Source: a virus. Taken from it: 64,000 nucleotides of DNA. The translations under genes and the position numbers were made by a program. The first letter of the stretch is position 1, and every line of letters begins with the position of its first letter. The stretch is taken from IMG/VR virus record IMGVR_UViG_3300045988_017048, positions 33,649 through 97,648 of that record; one strand, given 5' to 3'. Under the pieces are notes generated by a model that was not told where the DNA came from, did no database searches, and worked only from the letters and a program-made list of their open reading frames with translations. This document shows, piece by piece, positions 59,901 through 64,000 of this stretch.

Positions 59901-62900
59901 GAGGGAGCTGTAAGAGGTGATGATAGAACTACTACAGGAGATAGTGGAACTGCAACTACTCCTACTGTAACAAGTAGTGAGGACTTACCTACAACAGAAT
60001 TACCTGTAGGTAATATAACTGCTGAAATGGTCAGTGAGGAGAATAAGAAAGCCAATGAGAGGGTAGAGACTCCACAGAGACCAAGTAGAGATACCTCCAA
60101 TCAATTCTATAGACCTGCTATACCTGAACTACATATAGAGGCAAGCAAGGAAGGAGACTTCAGACCATTTGATGTTGTAGCAAGTGAGAGAGAAAAAGGT
60201 GTAGACTTCTCTGGTATTTATGGCTATCTAAGAGATAGTGGAGCATTTAGATACCTAAATGAAGGTAACTTAAAAGCAGGTGATGAACTTGGCTTTATGA
60301 TTGACCCTTCATTCAATGACCACACCATATTTATTATAGATAAAAGGAATGGTCAAGTAGTAGGTAGTTTAGATGAATCTGACTATAGTGTTTCAAGGTA
60401 TGAGGGCCTGAAGGGTCTTGAAGAGAAGATAAGGAAGGAGTATGCAGGAAGAGGTTCTGTACCAGTAGCACAAAAGGATGACTTAATACATATTACTAAT
60501 ACATCTCAAGGATATTCTGATTTAGGAGAAATACAAGAGTGGTCAAAAAAGACAGCAGATGTTAGAACAGAACCTGATGGTTTTGGTGTTAAGAATGGAT
60601 TGACTTATTTTAAAAAGTCTCATAAAGGAGGAAGAGGCGGAGATAATATTACTATATGGTTTAGGAATGAGCCAAGTCAAAAGATAAAGGATAGTATAGA
60701 ACAATTACTTAGTTCTTCTAAAGACCTTAATGAGTTTGGAGATAAAGTTACTGAACTCATTAGAGACACTCAATCTAAAGGTAAATTTATTGCCACACCT
60801 ACTACAAGGGTATCTAAGGTAATGATAGGTAGGATTCCTTATGGTAATACTGAAAGGAGTTTGTCTGAAATACCTAATGTATCTTCAACTGATAGAAAGC
60901 CTATCTTTGGTATTATAAAGAATGGTGTACTTACTACCAATAGTAAGATTGATGACAGTCTTATTATTAAGCCAGTGGATATGAGCCAAAAGGAGGGTAG
61001 ATTATATCTGCTTATACCTAATGGAGCTGGTAAGTATTCTCCTGCTGCTGTAAGAGTTAAGCACTTTAATAATGAAGAGTTTAATCTGAATGACAACAGT
61101 ATAAGTTCTACTCCTGTTGGAGAAGATATAAAGAATGCCATTACTAAGTTATCAACTGCTACATCACAGGATGATGTATCTGCTGCTATGCAAGACTTAG
61201 CACAAGATTTGTATATGCAGGACATCATGGTTACTTGGTTTAGTAGCAAGGCAGGTGATGGTATTGTTATCAGTAAGAAGGTGAGAAAGCCAGATGGTAC
61301 TTATGAGAAAGTAACCATTGATGGAAAGGAGCAAATCAAGGAGGATAAGTATGATGTATATTTCTCTACAAGTAGTAAGAGTGCAGAGATTGGAGGTATA
61401 AACTTTGATGTAACTGCTCTTGAAGCTTTAGGAGATACAAGTGCATTAGGTGCTCCCAAGAATCCTGAGGATATATACAATGAGATACTCGGACACCTTG
61501 TTAAGTTCAATCTTCCTCTGCAAGTCAGTACAAGGAGAATAAATGAAGGTGCATACAACAATAGATTGATAAACTCTAATATCCTTACTTCAAATATTAC
61601 TGAGGCTTCAGTAAGAAGTACTTGGTTTACAACTGACTACTTTGATAATGAAGGTAATCTACATCAAGCTATAAGTCCAGCTTCTGTAGCCCCTCAGCCT
61701 AAGAGGAAGATAGAGACTCCTGTAGGTGGCACTGAAGGTGCTATAAAGGGTATTTATATGCAGCCAGCAGGATTTACATATCCAGTATATGTAGATTTAT
61801 CTACTCACACTATAAGGGATAATCAAGGTAAAGCTATCATTATTAATGAAGGTTCAACAAAATTATTATTTGATTTAGCTTGGGCACAAGAGAACTTTGG
61901 AGATGCTACTAATTCCTCAATGATGGTAGATAACAAAGTTCTTACTCCTGATGGTAAGGTACTTGATAGAAATAAACAGACATATCTTAGTGGTCAAGAG
62001 GCACAAGATGTTAAGGATACTATTGCAGGTAGAAAGAAAGAAAGAGAGGATAGAGTTGCCAAGTCTAAGGAGGTTGTCAGTGAAATATATGAGAACCAGA
62101 AGAGGGTAGATAAGACAAGAACTGATGGTGAGTTTTATTATGTACTTGAAGATGATGGTGAATATCATCAGTATAGTAGAGTACATAGCAGATTAGGCTC
62201 CAATTGGGTAGAATCTGACAAGCAAGCAAAGGCTCTTGAATTAGTAAGACTTAATCTTAGCAAGTTTGTAGATAATCCCACTCAGTTTGAGAATTACCTG
62301 AAATACTTGGAGAACAAGTTTAAGGTAGACTTGACTGCCTACAGAGGTAAGACTGATGCCAAGAGTAGAGATACTATTGTGAATATAGTAAGAGATAAGA
62401 TGTCTGGTACTAACTCACAAAGAGCACTTGATGCTGGTTCAGCAGTAGATAGTATCATTAGACAGTACTTTACTATAAGAGATATATCTAAGATAGTAAG
62501 ACCATCCAATATATCAGAAAATGCTTTCATAGATTTGATTACTTCCCTTAATAGGATTAAGTCAAATATGGAGCAAATGGGAGAGAGATTCCTTGCTGAT
62601 AATATTGTATTGTTCCAAAAATACTCTGATGGTACAAGAGTTGCAGGTGAGGTTGATATTCTTTCTATTGACAAGGATGGTAACTTTAGAATCTATGATG
62701 TAAAGACAAGTAGATACAGTTTCTATGACTTTACAGACAGATATGGTCACAAGGTTAACTACTTTAACAATCCCTCTGCTACTCAAAGAATGAGTGCAAA
62801 GGATTACTATACTTTACAACTTTCTGCTTACAAGAACTTATTTGAATCTCAGTATGGTGTACCAGTTACTAAGTTAGCTGTAATGCCATTTGTATTGAGT

Positions 62901-64000
62901 TATAATAAAGAGAATGTATCAGCAGTACAAAGTGAAAGGGGTATTCCTATTACATATAATCCTGCTGTTAATGTGCCCTTAGTAAGTAATGTTAAGATAG
63001 ATAAACCTGTAGAAACTCCTGCTACTCCAGCACAAGCTCAGACAGTATTACCTATCTTTGAGACTTCATTAGAGACACAGAATCCTATTGAGGACTTAAC
63101 TCCTGAACACAGTATGAATAATGCTGATGAGGGAGTAGGTTACTTTGAGTTGGATGGCAAGTTACATAAAGGGTATTTAACTCCTGTTGCAGGTATTACA
63201 GAAGTAGATGTCTATATAACCAAGGTTCCTAATATTACAGAGGGATTTGGTAGACAGGGAGAAGCAGCTCATGTAGCTTCAAACAATTTCTATGCAGTAT
63301 TTCCTAATGGAAAGACATTCTTATTCTTGAAGAATAATCCTGTACAAGGAGGTATGAGTGAGTCTCAAGTTGAGGATTCCATTAGAAAAGCCTTATTAGG
63401 TAATCCTCAAAGAATGAAAGACTTAGCATCAGAAAAGACTATATTGTTTGACCCTAATGCAGTACCTACTGTAAGTGCTGCTCCTGTTACTACTGTAGAA
63501 ACTCCTGCAACTATTAATCAAGGTAATACCCAGACAGGTGCTGCCTATACTGCTCAAAAAGAACAGGCAATAAATGACCATGATGAAGAGTTTGAAGATG
63601 AGTTTACTCTAAGAAAGGCAAAGGATACTACAGAAACTCCTGTATGGAATCAAGAAAAGGAACTTAAATGGCTAAATAAAGTCTTACCTCAACTAAGTGA
63701 ATCAGATAGAGTAAAAGTAGTAAAAGGTCTTATTAAAGTAGGTAAAAAGGGTACTTTAGCTTGGGGTCAATTTGACAAAGGTGTAATCACACTGTCTGAC
63801 ATAGCTGCTGAAGGTACTGCATACCATGAAGCATTTCATGCTGTATTTAATCTCCTTCTTGACAATAATGAGAGACAGGCACTATATGATGAAGCAAGGA
63901 AATTATATGGTGAAAAAGATAACCTCTCATTAGAGGAAGACATGGCAGAGGGATTCAGAGAGTATGTAATGACAAGGCAGAATAGAGGCTTAGGCAAGAG
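56919..64000 (+). CDS. giant multidomain virion protein, 5' partial (at least 2360 codons, continues beyond the window)
   Basis: ATG at 56919, 4 nt after the upstream stop. I read the frame codon by codon to 64000 and found no stop. Only short antisense shadow ORFs are listed here in the track. Contains a PD-(D/E)xK/RecB-like motif set (about 62170-62840) and HEAFH (63825-63839). Confidence 0.85.
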   Translation, partial: MAKETKVKDIDITKSGPMTFRDLQKANQKPYTNLSPEFQSFSMNVGASTAPTSLYDARAHGEQMVQSSLEGTATPWGESTFDEPTTTEAQFQELGDIRAENQPWYAQIGAGLAKGAILAGTTFLDGTLGLLFGGKTAIEEDRWSGIWDNDFSKAMQSVNEWSEQALPNYYTKAEQEQPWYENIFTANFLGDKFIKNLGFTVGAFYSGGVTAAGLKATKLPQLIGAIAKSSKAPAIVNSAVGATISAVNEGRIEALNNSKDWFELHKAQLDDTYRDRIQAIQNRYEDTKGTLVSTREGQMVDPAYIEYQNAIKKEQESYNAALGKLSEDRLKMGNADLLMNIPILTASNIIQFGKLYANGFKTARRTTNIVGKAGEYTAGTTRLGATAAITKGALSEGNEEILQVAASRIAGNYYSTDVNNFYKSKTDPEAAQETLSWTKSFAEGINETVNDGSAWEEFFIGSLTGALGIPRFRGVRSESGSLQSPITIEGGAINEWRDYNEKIARENKIANYMNSRVNSPEFKNYYQGLIRHNKYQNDMNRAAEKGDEFNFKNAEHAQLVSDIAMFDNAGRMEDLTTLIDAAFDTSDENLASIVENTTTTLEDGSKVGPFVDKNGNPMYATPEGKQEMIEKLQQNHDEMTNTINNYLKIKDELDIKTGQQLSDDQLEELTWMKSQIGNWAERATAMSGEVKSAIGNVIGNLDYLLKFNQQVRDFEGQHHADLTDRYKQADKNVRAIEGAINTLNMVRGQDDKVLAHTLATNPKFVDGLIKEINEVDETVLSADDKEDITTKLNDIVKLGNASKTYNAKLKEYLEDPQKQAEDHAKADEQAAQQETKKKSDDLKTSLNAAQNLQEFRSTIDAQDDTENRDRVLKELEDEGSEMAKSYRETSQYNNEVRRVLNESDAEPQVKQDAMKLLQDQFSNSENLEQLANPNSIYINNENAFDEDSEGDVELSATRFQEAQYELQKAMSQVNNDNRFKDRFSPEYKKPVEKREGAVRGDDRTTTGDSGTATTPTVTSSEDLPTTELPVGNITAEMVSEENKKANERVETPQRPSRDTSNQFYRPAIPELHIEASKEGDFRPFDVVASEREKGVDFSGIYGYLRDSGAFRYLNEGNLKAGDELGFMIDPSFNDHTIFIIDKRNGQVVGSLDESDYSVSRYEGLKGLEEKIRKEYAGRGSVPVAQKDDLIHITNTSQGYSDLGEIQEWSKKTADVRTEPDGFGVKNGLTYFKKSHKGGRGGDNITIWFRNEPSQKIKDSIEQLLSSSKDLNEFGDKVTELIRDTQSKGKFIATPTTRVSKVMIGRIPYGNTERSLSEIPNVSSTDRKPIFGIIKNGVLTTNSKIDDSLIIKPVDMSQKEGRLYLLIPNGAGKYSPAAVRVKHFNNEEFNLNDNSISSTPVGEDIKNAITKLSTATSQDDVSAAMQDLAQDLYMQDIMVTWFSSKAGDGIVISKKVRKPDGTYEKVTIDGKEQIKEDKYDVYFSTSSKSAEIGGINFDVTALEALGDTSALGAPKNPEDIYNEILGHLVKFNLPLQVSTRRINEGAYNNRLINSNILTSNITEASVRSTWFTTDYFDNEGNLHQAISPASVAPQPKRKIETPVGGTEGAIKGIYMQPAGFTYPVYVDLSTHTIRDNQGKAIIINEGSTKLLFDLAWAQENFGDATNSSMMVDNKVLTPDGKVLDRNKQTYLSGQEAQDVKDTIAGRKKEREDRVAKSKEVVSEIYENQKRVDKTRTDGEFYYVLEDDGEYHQYSRVHSRLGSNWVESDKQAKALELVRLNLSKFVDNPTQFENYLKYLENKFKVDLTAYRGKTDAKSRDTIVNIVRDKMSGTNSQRALDAGSAVDSIIRQYFTIRDISKIVRPSNISENAFIDLITSLNRIKSNMEQMGERFLADNIVLFQKYSDGTRVAGEVDILSIDKDGNFRIYDVKTSRYSFYDFTDRYGHKVNYFNNPSATQRMSAKDYYTLQLSAYKNLFESQYGVPVTKLAVMPFVLSYNKENVSAVQSERGIPITYNPAVNVPLVSNVKIDKPVETPATPAQAQTVLPIFETSLETQNPIEDLTPEHSMNNADEGVGYFELDGKLHKGYLTPVAGITEVDVYITKVPNITEGFGRQGEAAHVASNNFYAVFPNGKTFLFLKNNPVQGGMSESQVEDSIRKALLGNPQRMKDLASEKTILFDPNAVPTVSAAPVTTVETPATINQGNTQTGAAYTAQKEQAINDHDEEFEDEFTLRKAKDTTETPVWNQEKELKWLNKVLPQLSESDRVKVVKGLIKVGKKGTLAWGQFDKGVITLSDIAAEGTAYHEAFHAVFNLLLDNNERQALYDEARKLYGEKDNLSLEEDMAEGFREYVMTRQNRGLGK

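Noticed and set aside
56919-64000. The lack of plus-strand ORFs in the track over the last 7 kb could suggest a non-coding region, or stop-codon recoding.
   Set aside because: Reading the frame from the ATG at 56919 gives no in-frame TAA, TAG or TGA up to 64000. The ORF is missing only because it has no stop inside the window. The listed minus-strand ORFs there are antisense shadows.
1-64000. Alternative genetic code (TAG or TGA reassignment), as described for some crAss-like lineages, with suppressor tRNAs in the array.
   Set aside because: All large genes, including terL, portal, capsid and the 1588-aa and 2360+-aa ORFs, are intact under the standard code. None of the confidently folded tRNAs has a CTA, TCA or TTA anticodon. 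The three aberrant tRNA-like genes remain unassigned.

Overview
This is an AT-rich dsDNA phage segment. Gene order suggests a crAss-like (Crassvirales-type) phage of a Bacteroidota host. That placement is inferred from synteny, protein motifs and promoter boxes, not from any database search. Layout: (1) 1-17.5 kb, minus strand, holds a replication/early module. It contains a P-loop ATPase, a DnaB-like helicase, an SF2 helicase, a membrane-anchored glucosaminidase, an HNH-AP2 endonuclease, an SPFH lipoprotein, a phosphoribosyltransferase, many small ORFs and a minus-strand RNA-gene cluster. (2) 16.4-18.0 kb is largely non-coding and includes the divergent switch region. (3) 18.6-23.0 kb, plus strand, is an array of about 28 canonical tRNAs interrupted by a few protein genes. 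(4) 23-64 kb, plus strand, holds the packaging and virion module: large terminase, portal, fibre-like proteins, an inserted lysis-like cassette, major capsid protein, connector/tail genes, a 1588-aa tail protein, two large cargo-like proteins and a giant ORF of at least 2360 aa that runs off the right edge. The ORF track omits that giant ORF only because it has no stop codon inside the window. Main observations: a phage-encoded tmRNA with its own tag (G-N-T-S-Y-R-V-A-A); tRNAs for all 20 amino acids, including an initiator-like tRNA; three tRNA-like genes with aberrant anticodon arms; seven copies of a Bacteroidota-type promoter (YTTG-N20-TAnnTTTG), all on the plus strand; and a RecB-type nuclease motif set plus an HExxH motif inside the giant virion ORF. 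All long ORFs are intact under the standard genetic code. All RNA folds were done by hand, so ends are +/-2 nt, and no searches were run.
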